From NCBI GenBank assembly GCA_963832225.1, contig CAWHTI010000012.1, positions 623,499 through 687,498 on the forward strand: 64,000 nucleotides of DNA, in the 5' to 3' direction. This document shows, piece by piece, positions 1-9,293 of the stretch. The stretch's first letter is position 1; every line of letters starts with the position of its first letter. The stretch is from an uncultured Actinomycetes bacterium. GTDB lineage: Bacteria > Actinomycetota > UBA4738 > HRBIN12. The notes beneath the pieces were generated by a model. It had not been told where the DNA came from and ran no database searches. It saw only the letters and a list, made by a program, of their open reading frames with translations. The translations under genes were made by a program, and so were the position numbers.

Positions 1-913
1 CGAAGACGCCGCCCGTCACGTCGTCGATGAACGCCCACGAGTAGGTGTCGTCGTCGCGGAGCTCCATCGTCAGGATCCCCGTGTGCGACCGCCGCACCGC
101 GCTGTTCGGCCACGGCGCTGCGAAGCCCTCGAGGGGAGACCCGCCGGTCCCGACCACGAACTCGCTCACCCCGTTCGTCGCCGGCTGCCCGTCCGGGTCC
201 TGGGGGAGGAACCGTTCGTACTGGTGATGGTGAGCGTTCAGCACGACGTCGACCCCTGCGGCATAGGCCATCTCGAACCAGGGGGCCACGAAGGAACGGT
301 CGCTGCCCTCGCGTCCGCTGCTGAACCGGGGGTGATGCCACGCCACGATCTCGCAGGTGTGGTCGTCGGCCTCCAGGATGTCGTGGAGCGCCACGTTCTG
401 GGCGTCGATCTCCGCCGGGGTTGCGAATCCCGAGCCGCCGCTTCCCGCGGAGTTCAGCACGACGATGAGCCAGCCACCGGCGACCGTGGAGTACGACCCA
501 GGTGTCTGCGGGATGTCCGTCCCGAACGAGGCATCGGCACCGAAGTACGCGACGGCGCCCGAGCACGGGCGCCGAAGGGCGTCGTTGCAGTCGTGGTTGC
601 CGTACACCGGCAGGGTGACCGCCTTGATCGAGGGACGGCCCCAACGCTCCTGCGGGCGGGTGCCGCCTCCGTACCGGTTCCGGTACTCGGAGAGGGATCC
701 GTCCTCGTAGGCGTTGTCCCCGAGCACCAGGACGATGTCGGGATCCACGGTGACGGTCCGGTCCGACGTACTGGCGCACGGGTCGGTGTTCTCGCCGCAG
801 ATGTTGCCCACCGCGACGAGCGAGACCATCCCGACCGGTGACGGGGTGAACCCGCCCTCCGGAGGCTCCGCCGCCGTCGCCGTACATGCGGCGGCCATGA
901 CGCACAGCGTCAC
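1..913 (-). CDS. Calcineurin-like metallophosphoesterase, probable lipoprotein (3' end cut by window edge, start uncertain)
   Basis: Absent from the ORF track because it runs off the window. My reverse translation gives ..RRLLVTLCVMAAAC (lipobox-like), then GDNAYEDG, GNHDC, WHHPRFSSG and NAHHHQYERF, ending ..SWAFIDDVTGGVF at base 1. It is collinear with, and paralogous to, the C-terminal half of the 1088..2707 product. GTG at 913 is the first canonical start. The charged n-region lies upstream of it, where only an ATC (946) follows a GGAGGG. Confidence 0.7.
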   Translation of the reverse strand, partial: MTLCVMAAACTATAAEPPEGGFTPSPVGMVSLVAVGNICGENTDPCASTSDRTVTVDPDIVLVLGDNAYEDGSLSEYRNRYGGGTRPQERWGRPSIKAVTLPVYGNHDCNDALRRPCSGAVAYFGADASFGTDIPQTPGSYSTVAGGWLIVVLNSAGSGGSGFATPAEIDAQNVALHDILEADDHTCEIVAWHHPRFSSGREGSDRSFVAPWFEMAYAAGVDVVLNAHHHQYERFLPQDPDGQPATNGVSEFVVGTGGSPLEGFAAPWPNSAVRRSHTGILTMELRDDDTYSWAFIDDVTGGVF

Positions 914-1087
914 GAGCAGACGTCGGCCGGCCCTCGTCGTCTCGATCCCTCCGTCTCCCGGCGCTGGGGGCCACGCACAAGATCCGTCGGATGCGGCCGG
1001 GTCGTCGCCGCCGACGCGAACGGTACGCCGCTCAGCCTACGGTACGAACCGTAGCGGACGCCAGTTGGGAGCGGGCGCGACCCGCGC

Positions 1088-2707
1088 TCAGGTGGTGCAG
1101 TCGGTCGAGCCGGAGTCGTCCGTCGCGCCGGAGGTGTCGTCGAGGAACGCCCATGAGTACGCGTCGGTCTCCAGGTTCATCGTCAGGATCCCGTAGTCGG
1201 AGATCCGGACCTGGCTGTTCGGCTTGGCCGAGTTGAACGACGTGAGGGATTTGCCGCCGGTGCCCACCACGAACTCCCGGACGCCGTCGCTGCGGGCGTT
1301 CCCGTTGCCGTCCTGGGGCGCGAAGCGCTCGTAGTCATGCGCGTGGCCGCTCAGGATCACGTCGACGCCGTTCGCGTAGGCGGTGTCGAACCAGGCGTCG
1401 ATGAACGTGGCGCTTCCCCCCTCCTGTCCGCTGTTGTAACGGGGGTGGTGCCACACGAGCAGCTCGCACGTGTGGTTGTCGCTGTTGAGGAGGCTCTGCA
1501 ACGCGCTGTTCTGGGCGCTGATCTCGCTGCTCGTCGCCTTCCCGGAGCCGCCGTCGCCCGCCGAGTTGAGGTTCACGATCAGCCAGTCGCCCTTCACGGT
1601 CCAGTACGAGCCGGGCGTGCCCGAGATGTCCGTGCCGAACGCAGAGTCCGAGCCGAAGTAGCGCACAGCGTCGTCGCAGCCGTCCTTCGACCCGAAGTCG
1701 ACACAGTCGTGGTTGCCGTAGCCGGGCAGCGTGATGTCCTTGATCGCGGGGCGGCCCCAGCGCGTCTGGGGGGTGGTGCCGCCGCCGTACTTGCTGAGGT
1801 ACTCCGAGTACAGCCCGTTCTCGTAGGCGAGGTCACCGGTCGTGAGGACCCAGTCTGGGTCGACGTCCAGGACCCGGTTGGCGGTGTCGGCGCAGTGGGA
1901 GTCGCCGCAGATGTCGCCGGCCGCCGCGATCGTGACGCCGTCCCCGTCCCCGCCACCGCCACCGTCCGTGCTCTGGATCTCGATCGCCATGCCTCGGCGG
2001 CGCGAGGCCGAGCCGGACCAGGACGATCCGCCCGAGGCTCCGGGGCTCGTCGCGTCGAAGACGACGTGGGCGCCGAGGGCCAGGTCGCCGTGGGTCAGGT
2101 CCGAGCCGTCCAGCTCGGTGAGCGCGGAGGACGGCGTCGAGGCCGTGGCCGTGTTGTGGGAGAACGCGGCCAGCACCAGCGAGTCCGATTTCGGGCTCGA
2201 GGGCAGGCTCACCGAGAAGGTGGTGCCGGAGCCGGCCCGATCGGCCCGATACTGGGCGATCGGCGAGGTCGCAGCGAACCCGGAGCTGATGTCCACGATC
2301 GAGTACCAGATCCCCTCGTGGCCGGTCGCCAGGACGCCGGTGGTCAGGGCCGCGCTGACGCCGGACGTGGGGCGGAAGAGGTACGCCGTCATGCCGACCG
2401 TGCTCGCCGAGCCCTCGCCTTTGTCGATCTGGGTCCAGCTGGTCCCGGCGCCGACGATGCCCGGTGTGGCATCGACGTGGTCGCCGGACTCGCTGAGCGA
2501 GATGAACGCCACGTAGAGATGTCCGGCGGAGAAGGACGCCGTGCCGAGCGGGTAGACGGTGGTGCGCGCGGTGCTGGTGCCCGCGGCCACGAGCGTGGGG
2601 GAGGCCGGGGCGGCCTGCACGACGCCTGCCCCGGGGACCAGCGACCCGAATGCCATCGTGGCGAACGCGAGCACGGAGACCGTGCGGGCGGTTCGACGGG
2701 TACGCAT
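1088..2707 (-). CDS. Secreted protein: unassigned ~220-aa N-terminal domain + calcineurin-like metallophosphoesterase domain
   Basis: Track ORF 1088..2764 trimmed to ATG 2707 (MRTRRTARTVSVLAFATMAF signal peptide, GAGGGAG upstream). The C-terminal half carries GDICGD, GDLAYENG, GNHDC, VWHHPRYNSG and GHAHDYERF. Confidence 0.8.
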   Translation of the reverse strand: MRTRRTARTVSVLAFATMAFGSLVPGAGVVQAAPASPTLVAAGTSTARTTVYPLGTASFSAGHLYVAFISLSESGDHVDATPGIVGAGTSWTQIDKGEGSASTVGMTAYLFRPTSGVSAALTTGVLATGHEGIWYSIVDISSGFAATSPIAQYRADRAGSGTTFSVSLPSSPKSDSLVLAAFSHNTATASTPSSALTELDGSDLTHGDLALGAHVVFDATSPGASGGSSWSGSASRRRGMAIEIQSTDGGGGGDGDGVTIAAAGDICGDSHCADTANRVLDVDPDWVLTTGDLAYENGLYSEYLSKYGGGTTPQTRWGRPAIKDITLPGYGNHDCVDFGSKDGCDDAVRYFGSDSAFGTDISGTPGSYWTVKGDWLIVNLNSAGDGGSGKATSSEISAQNSALQSLLNSDNHTCELLVWHHPRYNSGQEGGSATFIDAWFDTAYANGVDVILSGHAHDYERFAPQDGNGNARSDGVREFVVGTGGKSLTSFNSAKPNSQVRISDYGILTMNLETDAYSWAFLDDTSGATDDSGSTDCTT

Positions 2708-2825
2708 GCTGCTCCCTCTCACGATGGTCGAGATGCTATGCGGCCGTGGACACCTGGCGCTCACCCAATCGCCGTAGCCATCCGGCCATCTGGAGCGTAC
2801 GTCAATCTCCCCGGCGCTTCTCCGA

Positions 2826-3332
2826 TCAGCCGAGCGTGACGCAGACGTCCTCGAGGGAGCCGGTCTGCGACCGGATCGTGGCGACGCCGTCGGGCTGCGT
2901 GTCGACCACGATCCGGCCCCGGTTGACGAAGCTCGTCGCCTCGCTGCCCGGGCCGAGCTCGCCCGGCAGGTAGAAGAGGAACCAGGTGCCGCGCGCGGTG
3001 AGGGTCGTGGAGCCGTCGGCGTGGAACACGAGCTCGCCCGGGCCGGAGATGTTGCGGACGATCGACGAACCGTTCTCCGGATTCGTCAGCCGCACCACGA
3101 GACGTCCGGTGGTGATGACCCGCGACGGGTCGCCGTTCGCGTCCGAGAACGTGATGGCGTACTCCTTGTTGACGAGGATGTCGGCCACGATCCCGAAGTC
3201 CGGGCAGACGTCGTCCAGGACGATCTGCGATGGCAGCGGCGCGTACTCGCGAACGGGGCGAGCGGATGCGGACGAGGTCGGGACGATCGCGAACATCGCC
3301 GCCACGGCGATCAACGAGGCGATCCGGCGCAT
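2826..3332 (-). CDS. Secreted hypothetical protein
   Basis: Track ORF. The ATG is preceded by AAAGGAAG. Signal peptide MRRIASLIAVAAMFAIVPTSSASA. High GC3. No family recognised by eye. Confidence 0.6.
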   Translation of the reverse strand: MRRIASLIAVAAMFAIVPTSSASARPVREYAPLPSQIVLDDVCPDFGIVADILVNKEYAITFSDANGDPSRVITTGRLVVRLTNPENGSSIVRNISGPGELVFHADGSTTLTARGTWFLFYLPGELGPGSEATSFVNRGRIVVDTQPDGVATIRSQTGSLEDVCVTLG

Positions 3333-3420
3333 GGAGACTTCCTTTCATCCAGGCGGGCGACTCGTTATGGATCCGTGATCAACGCCGACGCTAGCCTCGG
3401 CGTTCCGACCCGTCAAGGTT

Positions 3421-4854
3421 TCAGCAGTGGACCTGCGTCGCCCCGTCCGCCGGTGTGGGATCCAGACACGTCGCCGGCAGCGGGGTCTGCGCGAAGTTGA
3501 ACTCGTTCGCGAGGTCGCCCAGGATCGACACCTCCTCGCGCACCGTGGGCCGCGAGTCGGGCCGGTCCATCGTGGCGGGGTCGAGCCGCTGCCCGCCCAG
3601 GAACCGGTCCTCGATCAGCTTCAGGTACGCGTCGAACGACAGCGTCTGGGAGTCGATCACGCCGCTGCGCGCATAGGGACTGATCAGGATCCCCGGCACC
3701 CGGATGCCCCATCCGTTCTGATCCACGACCGGCGGCTCCACGTGGTCGTAGAAGCCGCCCCAGTCGTCCCAGGTCAGGAAGATCGCCGTCGAGTCCCAGT
3801 CGGGGCCGCGCATGGCGGCGTTCACGACCTGCGTCACGAACTCCTGCCCGCCCAACAGGGTTCCGCCCTCGTTCGGGTGCTCGCTGTATCCGGGGGCCGG
3901 CACGATCCAGGAGACCTTCGGCAGGTTGCCCGCCGCGGCGGCGGTGAAGTACCGGCTGTGGAACGTGACGTTGTCCACCGCTCCGTCCTCGACGGTGTCG
4001 GTGAAGCCCGGCAACGGATCCTTCATGGGGCCGGTGCCGGTGTTCTCCCGGTCAGGACAGGGTGCGTGGAAGCACGTGTCGTCGTCCACGTAGTAGCGCC
4101 AGCTCACCCCCGCGCGGGAGAGCAGATGGGTGATGCTGGTCCACGCGTAGACGGGTCCGTCCGAGTGGCGCCCCCAGCGATCTTCCTTCGCGTCGAGCTC
4201 GACGTCGGAGGAGCACGACATGGGATCGTAGGCGTCGTCGCAGGCGGCGGACCAGCCGCTGACCAGGAAGAGGTGCGCCGGCAGCGTCCACGAGTCGGTC
4301 GGCGCGAACATGCGGTCCTGCAGCAGGTACTGCCGCGCGTAGAACCAGTAGTTCGGGATCTCCCGGCGGGTGTGGAAGCTCATGACGTCGGCCTGGCCAT
4401 CCGGGCCCAGGTACTGCTCGCATCCCGGATGGGGCGTGACCCAGCACTTGTCCTCGCCGGCCGGCAGGGCCTGGATGTACCCGTCCATCGCGCCGTCGTT
4501 GATATCGATCAGTGAGGCGCGGCGGTTGTGCGGGCCGCCGCGCTGTCGCAGTGACGTGGAGTGGTAGGGCCGCGAGCAGCCCTCCCGGAAGGGATCGGGC
4601 ACGCATACCGAGAAGGCGCCGCCCGGCCTGCGGGGGATCCCGTCGGCCCCGGGGTAGGTGCCGAAGTAGTGATCGAAGGAGCGGTTCTCCTGCACGACGA
4701 AGATCAGGTGGTCGAGCTGACGAAGACCGCCGCCGCGGACCACCGGATCCGGCCCGGCGGCGAGCGCACCCGGTTCCGGCGCGCCGAGCGAGGTCAGTGC
4801 GGCGGCCACGAGCACCAGCAGCGATACGACCGCGGAGGACAGCCGTCTGGTCAT
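3421..4854 (-). CDS. Phosphoesterase family protein (non-haemolytic phospholipase C / AcpA-type acid phosphatase)
   Basis: Track ORF with a signal peptide. [23 protein letters not shown] and [16 protein letters not shown] are hallmark motifs of the PlcC/AcpA phosphoesterase family. Confidence 0.85.
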   Translation of the reverse strand: MTRRLSSAVVSLLVLVAAALTSLGAPEPGALAAGPDPVVRGGGLRQLDHLIFVVQENRSFDHYFGTYPGADGIPRRPGGAFSVCVPDPFREGCSRPYHSTSLRQRGGPHNRRASLIDINDGAMDGYIQALPAGEDKCWVTPHPGCEQYLGPDGQADVMSFHTRREIPNYWFYARQYLLQDRMFAPTDSWTLPAHLFLVSGWSAACDDAYDPMSCSSDVELDAKEDRWGRHSDGPVYAWTSITHLLSRAGVSWRYYVDDDTCFHAPCPDRENTGTGPMKDPLPGFTDTVEDGAVDNVTFHSRYFTAAAAGNLPKVSWIVPAPGYSEHPNEGGTLLGGQEFVTQVVNAAMRGPDWDSTAIFLTWDDWGGFYDHVEPPVVDQNGWGIRVPGILISPYARSGVIDSQTLSFDAYLKLIEDRFLGGQRLDPATMDRPDSRPTVREEVSILGDLANEFNFAQTPLPATCLDPTPADGATQVHC

Positions 4855-4933
4855 GCGCCCAACCCCTTCGGAAGGAGCGTGAGTCGTGCCGGGGCCACGC
4901 TACCCGCAGACGCGTGCGGAACTCAAGCCCCGG

Positions 4934-6235
4934 TCACGCCGCGCCCTGGAGCCGCAGGACCAGGAACGCGAACGAGGTGCCGATCTCCGCCGGAACCTGG
5001 GCCGCCGTCACCGACACGATGGCTCCATCGGCGTCGACGACGACGCCGCCCACCTCGTCGCCGGACACCGGCAGGCCCGTGTCGGCGATCCCGCCCTCGC
5101 CGAATGAGCCGTCGAGGTCGCCGCCGGCCCCGTACCGCGCGACCGCAGCCGTCCGCTGGCCGTCCTCGTAGCGGTGGCTCGACAGCACGATCCCGCCGTC
5201 GGTCTGGAGCGCGACGCCGTGCGCCTGGTCGAAGTACGAGCCGAAGTCCGTGGTGGTCGTGCCGGCGTCGCCGAAGTCCTCATCGAGCTCGCCGCCAACG
5301 AGGTATCTCGCGAGCGCCACATCGGAGGATTGGTCGGCTCCGCCCGGCTCCTGACTGGCTTGGCCGACCGCGACGATCGACCCCGAGGGTTCCAATGCGA
5401 TGTCGGTGACGGTGTCCTCCCACGAGGCGAAGTCCGTCGTGACGAGCCCGCCGTCGCCGAACGCCGGATCGGGGGCGCCGCCCGGCAGGTACCGCACGAG
5501 CGCGAAGTCGTTCCGCTGCTCCGGGACGACCGTCGCCCAGCCGGCGGCGATGATGTCGCCGTCTGGCGCGATCGCGACCGTGGTCGCCGCATCGCCGTAT
5601 CCGGCGAAGTCCGTGTGCACGGAGCCGCGTGTGCCGAACGTTGCGTCGAGGCGGCCGCGTGGCCGGAGCCGAGTCAGGGCGAAGTCCGGGCCGTCGCTCC
5701 CGGCGATGACGATCCGTCCGTCCGTCTGGAGGGCGACGTCGGTCACGGTGGCGATCGCCGCCGCGTCGAGGAGCCGGTAGCCGTTGCCTGAGAAGGAGTC
5801 GTCGAGCGATCCGTCCGGCATGAGGCGGACCACGGCCACGACGCCGCCCGAGGTACCCACGATCACGATCCCGCCGTCGGGCTGGACCGCCACGGCCGTC
5901 GCCTGGTCGTACGCCGCGTCGAGATCGATGCGGCGCTTCCCGTTGTTGGAGAACGTCCGGTCGAGCCTGCCCGCCTCGGTGTACCGCGCGATGCCGAGGT
6001 CGGACACGATGGTCCCGTTCCCGTGCACGGGACCCACCACGACCAGACGCCCGTCGGGCTGCAGCGCGAGGTCGGTCGCCACGGTGTAGCTGTCCTGGAA
6101 GCTCGTGACCGTGTAGCCGTCGTGGCTGAACGTCGGGTCGAGCTCGCCGGGGGCGGCGAACGCGGTGGTGGCGAGCGTCACGCCCATGGCCAGCGTGACG
6201 CTCGAGGCGGACAGGAGGCGAGCCGCAGCGCGCAT
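4934..6235 (-). CDS. Secreted delta-60 repeat protein
   Basis: Signal peptide, then about 7 units of 55-60 aa (LDxxFGxxG ... A(V/L)QPDG(R/G)IV(V/I)AG ... (A/V)R(Y/L)), matching the delta-60 repeat pattern. Paralog of 37233..38525. Confidence 0.8.
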   Translation of the reverse strand: MRAAARLLSASSVTLAMGVTLATTAFAAPGELDPTFSHDGYTVTSFQDSYTVATDLALQPDGRLVVVGPVHGNGTIVSDLGIARYTEAGRLDRTFSNNGKRRIDLDAAYDQATAVAVQPDGGIVIVGTSGGVVAVVRLMPDGSLDDSFSGNGYRLLDAAAIATVTDVALQTDGRIVIAGSDGPDFALTRLRPRGRLDATFGTRGSVHTDFAGYGDAATTVAIAPDGDIIAAGWATVVPEQRNDFALVRYLPGGAPDPAFGDGGLVTTDFASWEDTVTDIALEPSGSIVAVGQASQEPGGADQSSDVALARYLVGGELDEDFGDAGTTTTDFGSYFDQAHGVALQTDGGIVLSSHRYEDGQRTAAVARYGAGGDLDGSFGEGGIADTGLPVSGDEVGGVVVDADGAIVSVTAAQVPAEIGTSFAFLVLRLQGAA

Positions 6236-6332
6236 TCGTCACTCCTCGGGTTCGGGGGGCCCTCAATCTAGACCGCGGGAGGCTCATCGGTCGATGGCCG
6301 GACGGTGAACGTTGTGGACGTCGGCCGGCGGG

Positions 6333-7277
6333 TCAACTCCGCCGCTCACGGGTCACCTCCCGCGGGTCCTTGTCGTCGCGCAGCCCCAGGTATCGAGGGT
6401 GCCGGAGCTTGCCGTCGTCGGTCCACTCCCCGAATCCCACCTGCGCGACCAGCTCGGGCTCGACCCAGTGCACGCCCGTGCGGGGCAGCCCCGTCGCGTG
6501 CGCCACCGGCGGGTCGGGCCGCTCGATGGGCGCGAGCCGTGCGGCGAGGCGAGCGATCTCCGCTCGCCCGAAGCCCGTGCCCACCTTGCCGGCGAAGCGC
6601 AGGTCGGGCCCGTCGTGGTAGCCGACCAGGAGGGCGCCGAGACCGGAACGAGAGCCCCTCGGGTCGGTCCATCCGACCACGACGAACTCCTGCTCGTTCA
6701 CGCACTTGAACTTCAGCCAGTCGCGGGAGCGGCCGGGTGTGTAGAGAGACTCGGCCCGCTTCGCGATCAGCCCCTCGAGGCCGCCCTCGCAGGCGGCGCG
6801 GAAGGCCGGCTCGCCCTCGGCCTCGAGGTGGTCGGAGAACCGCACCTGGTCGCCGTACGCCAGCGCGCCCCGCAGCACCTCCTTGCGGGTGACGAGCGGC
6901 AGTGCCGTGAGGTCATGCCCGTCGAACCACAGCAGGTCGAACAGGTAGAAGTGAACCGGGACGGCGAGCACCTGCTGCGCGGTCGGTCGTGGGTTCTGCA
7001 TGCGGTCCTGCAGACGTGAGAACGATGTGTGCTCACCGTCGAACGCGACGATCTCGCCGTCGGCGATCAGGTCCGGACCACTGTCGGCGAGCGCAGCCTG
7101 GAGGTCCGGATAGTGGGAGGTCCGGTCCTTCTGATTGCGGGTCATGAGCCGGATCGACGAGCCGTGGCGGAACAGCAACGAGCGCTGGCCGTCGAGCTTC
7201 ACCTCGTAGATCCAGGCCGGGTCCGAGAAGACCGTCTTCGAGAGCGTGGCCAGCATGGGTGGGATCCAGCTGGGCAT
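6333..7277 (-). CDS. ATP-dependent DNA ligase (ligase-only, LigC/LigD-ligase-domain type)
   Basis: The last 314 aa (315 codons including the stop) of track ORF 6333..7931. Motifs: EVKLDGQR (KxDG), ADGEIVAFD, FYLFDLLW, EGLIAKR, WLKFK, plus an OB-fold tail. Start set at ATG 7277 (MPSWIPPMLATL, GGAGGG upstream); in-frame ATG 7337 is the alternative. The Arg-rich N-terminal extension of the track ORF is a wrong frame of the neighbouring repeat gene. Confidence 0.85.
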   Translation of the reverse strand: MPSWIPPMLATLSKTVFSDPAWIYEVKLDGQRSLLFRHGSSIRLMTRNQKDRTSHYPDLQAALADSGPDLIADGEIVAFDGEHTSFSRLQDRMQNPRPTAQQVLAVPVHFYLFDLLWFDGHDLTALPLVTRKEVLRGALAYGDQVRFSDHLEAEGEPAFRAACEGGLEGLIAKRAESLYTPGRSRDWLKFKCVNEQEFVVVGWTDPRGSRSGLGALLVGYHDGPDLRFAGKVGTGFGRAEIARLAARLAPIERPDPPVAHATGLPRTGVHWVEPELVAQVGFGEWTDDGKLRHPRYLGLRDDKDPREVTRERRS

Positions 7278-7380
7278 GGCCCTCCGGCGCAGCCGGGAAG
7301 CGTGTGGGCCGACCGCCTCGGGCACCACGCCGTCCATGGCCGGAGACGCTACCCGGCCATGGACGGTGCGTGCAGGTGGT

Positions 7381-8115
7381 TCAGCGCGATCGAGCGGTGG
7401 TCTTCCTGCGAGCAACCGGCTTGCGCGCCGCGGTCTTCTTGCGCGCCGCGGGCTTGCGGGCCGTGCTCGTCTTCCGTGCGGTCGTCTTCTTGCGAGCCGC
7501 AGGCTTGCGCGCCGTGCTCTTCTTGCGAGCTGTGGTCTTCTTCCGGGCCGCAGGCTTGCGCGCCGTGCTCTTCTTCCGTGCGGTCGTCTTCTTGCGAGCC
7601 GCAGGCTTGCGCGCCGTGCTCTTCTTGCGAGCTGTGGTCTTCTTCCGAGCCGCAGGCTTGCGCGCCGTGCTCTTCTTGCGAGCTGTGGTCTTCTTCCGAG
7701 CCGCAGGCTTGCGCGCCGTGCTCTTCTTGCGCGCCGTGGCCTTCTTGGCGGCCGTGGTCTTCTTGCGAGCCGCGGGCTTGCGCGCCGTGCTCTTCTTGCG
7801 GGCTGTCGCCTTCTTGGCGACCGACGTCTTCTTTCGAGCCGTGGCTCGCTTGCGCGACGAGGACTTCCGGGCCGGCGACGTGGACCCGGACCGTCTGGCG
7901 CCCGATGGCTTCGTCGCGCCCGTGCGAACACTGGTGCGCTTGCCTCGCTCGCCCGCGTCCTCCGCCTTCTCCTTCACCACCTCGGCGACATCGTCCACCT
8001 TGTCCGTCGTCACCTCTTCGATCTTGTCGACGGCCGTCTCGACGACCGCCTGGGCGACATCGGTCGACAGGACCTTCTCGCCGGCCCGGACCAACATCGG
8101 CTTCTCGTTCTCCAT
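7381..8115 (-). CDS. Histone H1-like Lys/Ala/Thr-repeat protein (putative nucleoid-associated)
   Basis: Track ORF 7381..8175 trimmed to ATG 8115 (GGAGGGGAGGA upstream). An acidic N-terminal ~60 aa is followed by ~180 aa of ARKK(S/T)TARKPAARKKTT repeats. Confidence 0.75.
   Translation of the reverse strand: MENEKPMLVRAGEKVLSTDVAQAVVETAVDKIEEVTTDKVDDVAEVVKEKAEDAGERGKRTSVRTGATKPSGARRSGSTSPARKSSSRKRATARKKTSVAKKATARKKSTARKPAARKKTTAAKKATARKKSTARKPAARKKTTARKKSTARKPAARKKTTARKKSTARKPAARKKTTARKKSTARKPAARKKTTARKKSTARKPAARKKTTARKTSTARKPAARKKTAARKPVARRKTTARSR
7429..7836. repeat. 51-bp tandem repeat, about 7 copies plus a degenerate copy, inside the histone-like gene
   Basis: The unit gccgcaggcttgcgcgccgtgctcttcttgcgagctgtggtcttcttccga (+ strand) recurs head to tail. 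It encodes the 17-aa basic repeat and produces long shadow ORFs in all other frames. Confidence 0.85.
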
Positions 8116-8237
8116 CCGTCCTCCCCTCCATGCAGTCGCTGGTGCGACTGCTGCACATCGGATCGTTCCCCGCACTGCGGGACATCAATCTCCCACGTGG
8201 GAGCGCTCCGCGTCCCCCGTCTTCCGAGCAAGGTCCG

Positions 8238-8729
8238 TTACTTCACCGTCAGCGGCGCGTGCATCCCGGCCGCGTAGTGCCCCGGCAGGTTGCAGATCAG
8301 GGCGTAGTTGCCGGCCTTCAGGTCCAGCGACAACGTGGCCGTGCAGCCGACGCCGATGTCCTCGATCTCGTCGAGGGCCGTCACGCCCTCGCCCTCCTCG
8401 TCGACGTCCCCGGTCTCACCCACCGGCAGAGCATCGGGGGACAGATCGGTCTGGAAGACCACGAACTCGTGCACCGACGGTCCCGCGTTGTCCACGGTGA
8501 ACGTCGTCGAGCCCGACTTCACGGAGTCGGCGTCGAGTTCGATCGTGAAGTCCTGCTCCGAGACGCCCACCGCCGTTCCCGACCCCGTCTCCGGGCTCGT
8601 GCAGGGGACCTCGCTGGCCCCCGTCGAGGTCCCGCCCGCGTCGGTCGTGCTGCTGTCGCCGCTGCATCCCGCGAGCAGGCCGAGGGCCGCCACGGCCATC
8701 GGGATCGCGATCGAGCGGATCTGTCGCAT
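8238..8729 (-). CDS. Cupredoxin-like (type-1 copper) lipoprotein
   Basis: Track ORF 8238..8810 trimmed to ATG 8729 (AAGGAGG upstream). Lipobox LLAGC. C-terminal CNLPGHYAAGM (Cys-x3-His-x4-Met) plus an upstream His (SVHEF) match blue-copper ligand spacing. Confidence 0.75.
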   Translation of the reverse strand: MRQIRSIAIPMAVAALGLLAGCSGDSSTTDAGGTSTGASEVPCTSPETGSGTAVGVSEQDFTIELDADSVKSGSTTFTVDNAGPSVHEFVVFQTDLSPDALPVGETGDVDEEGEGVTALDEIEDIGVGCTATLSLDLKAGNYALICNLPGHYAAGMHAPLTVK

Positions 8730-8847
8730 AGGTCCTCCTTGATGGGCACCATCGCGACGTCGCACGGGGGCACCTCCTGCCATGCAAGACCCGCTCCGGC
8801 TCCGTGTCAAATGGACGGATCACGGGAGCCGTGCGGAACGGCGGGAA

Positions 8848-8861
8848 GGGACCTAGGTCCC
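8848..8861. promoter_or_regulatory. 14-bp perfect palindrome GGGACCTAGGTCCC in a divergent intergenic region (candidate operator)
   Basis: Read directly. Lies between the cupredoxin gene start (8729) and the 8965 ORF. Has a CTAG core. Confidence 0.3.
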
Positions 8862-8964
8862 ACGCAGCAGGTCGGCCGGTTCGGCGGATGCGCCCGGCTG
8901 AGGTCCTTCGTATCGTCCGAGTCCAAGCGTCGGCGTCAGGCCGGCCACGACCAGGAGGTGTTCG

Positions 8965-9225
8965 TTGAGCGATCTGTTGCGTAAGGGGCTGCAGTCCAGC
9001 CGCACGGAATTGGAGGCCGGGCTCGCGGACGCCGAGGCCGAGCTTGCTCAGGCGCGCGAGCGCTGCCACCAGCTCGAGGACCTGATCGCGGTGGGGAAGG
9101 CGACGCTGTACGCGGCGCAGCTGAACCCGTCGTACGCGCGCGTGCAGCTGAAGGAGACCGGAGCCGCTGACGCTCGTCCCGACGAGTCGGCATCCTCTCT
9201 TCGCGTCGCACCGAGCCAGAAGTAG
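8965..9225 (+). CDS. Small coiled-coil hypothetical protein
   Basis: TTG start 5 nt after AGGAGGTG. High GC3. The heptad-like segment ELEAGLADAEAELAQARERCHQLEDLI is paralogous to the N-terminus of the next ORF. Confidence 0.5.
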   Translation: MSDLLRKGLQSSRTELEAGLADAEAELAQARERCHQLEDLIAVGKATLYAAQLNPSYARVQLKETGAADARPDESASSLRVAPSQK

Positions 9226-9293
9226 CCGGACCGCCGCAACAACGGCCCGGGCACCCGCCCGGGCCCGCGTCGCCGATCCGGGGAGGATGCCAG

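Noticed and set aside
83-841. Long plus-strand ORFs (83..841, 357..710, 714..1196) at the left edge
   Set aside because: Their translations are Arg/Pro/Gly-rich and have no motifs. They are antisense to a minus-strand frame that carries clear metallophosphoesterase motifs, so they are shadow ORFs typical of high-GC DNA.
7429-7836. Tandem repeats here, at 14379..14438 and at 47002..49726, considered as a possible CRISPR array
   Set aside because: The repeats are contiguous with no unique spacers. Two of the three sets are in-frame coding repeats, and no cas genes are present.
6333-7931. 532-aa ORF suggesting a ligase with a long RRARRAS-repeat N-terminus
   Set aside because: The repeat part is a wrong reading frame of the 51-bp repeats, whose Lys-rich frame (7381..8115) has its own strong SD and stop. 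Ligase homology begins only at about 7277.
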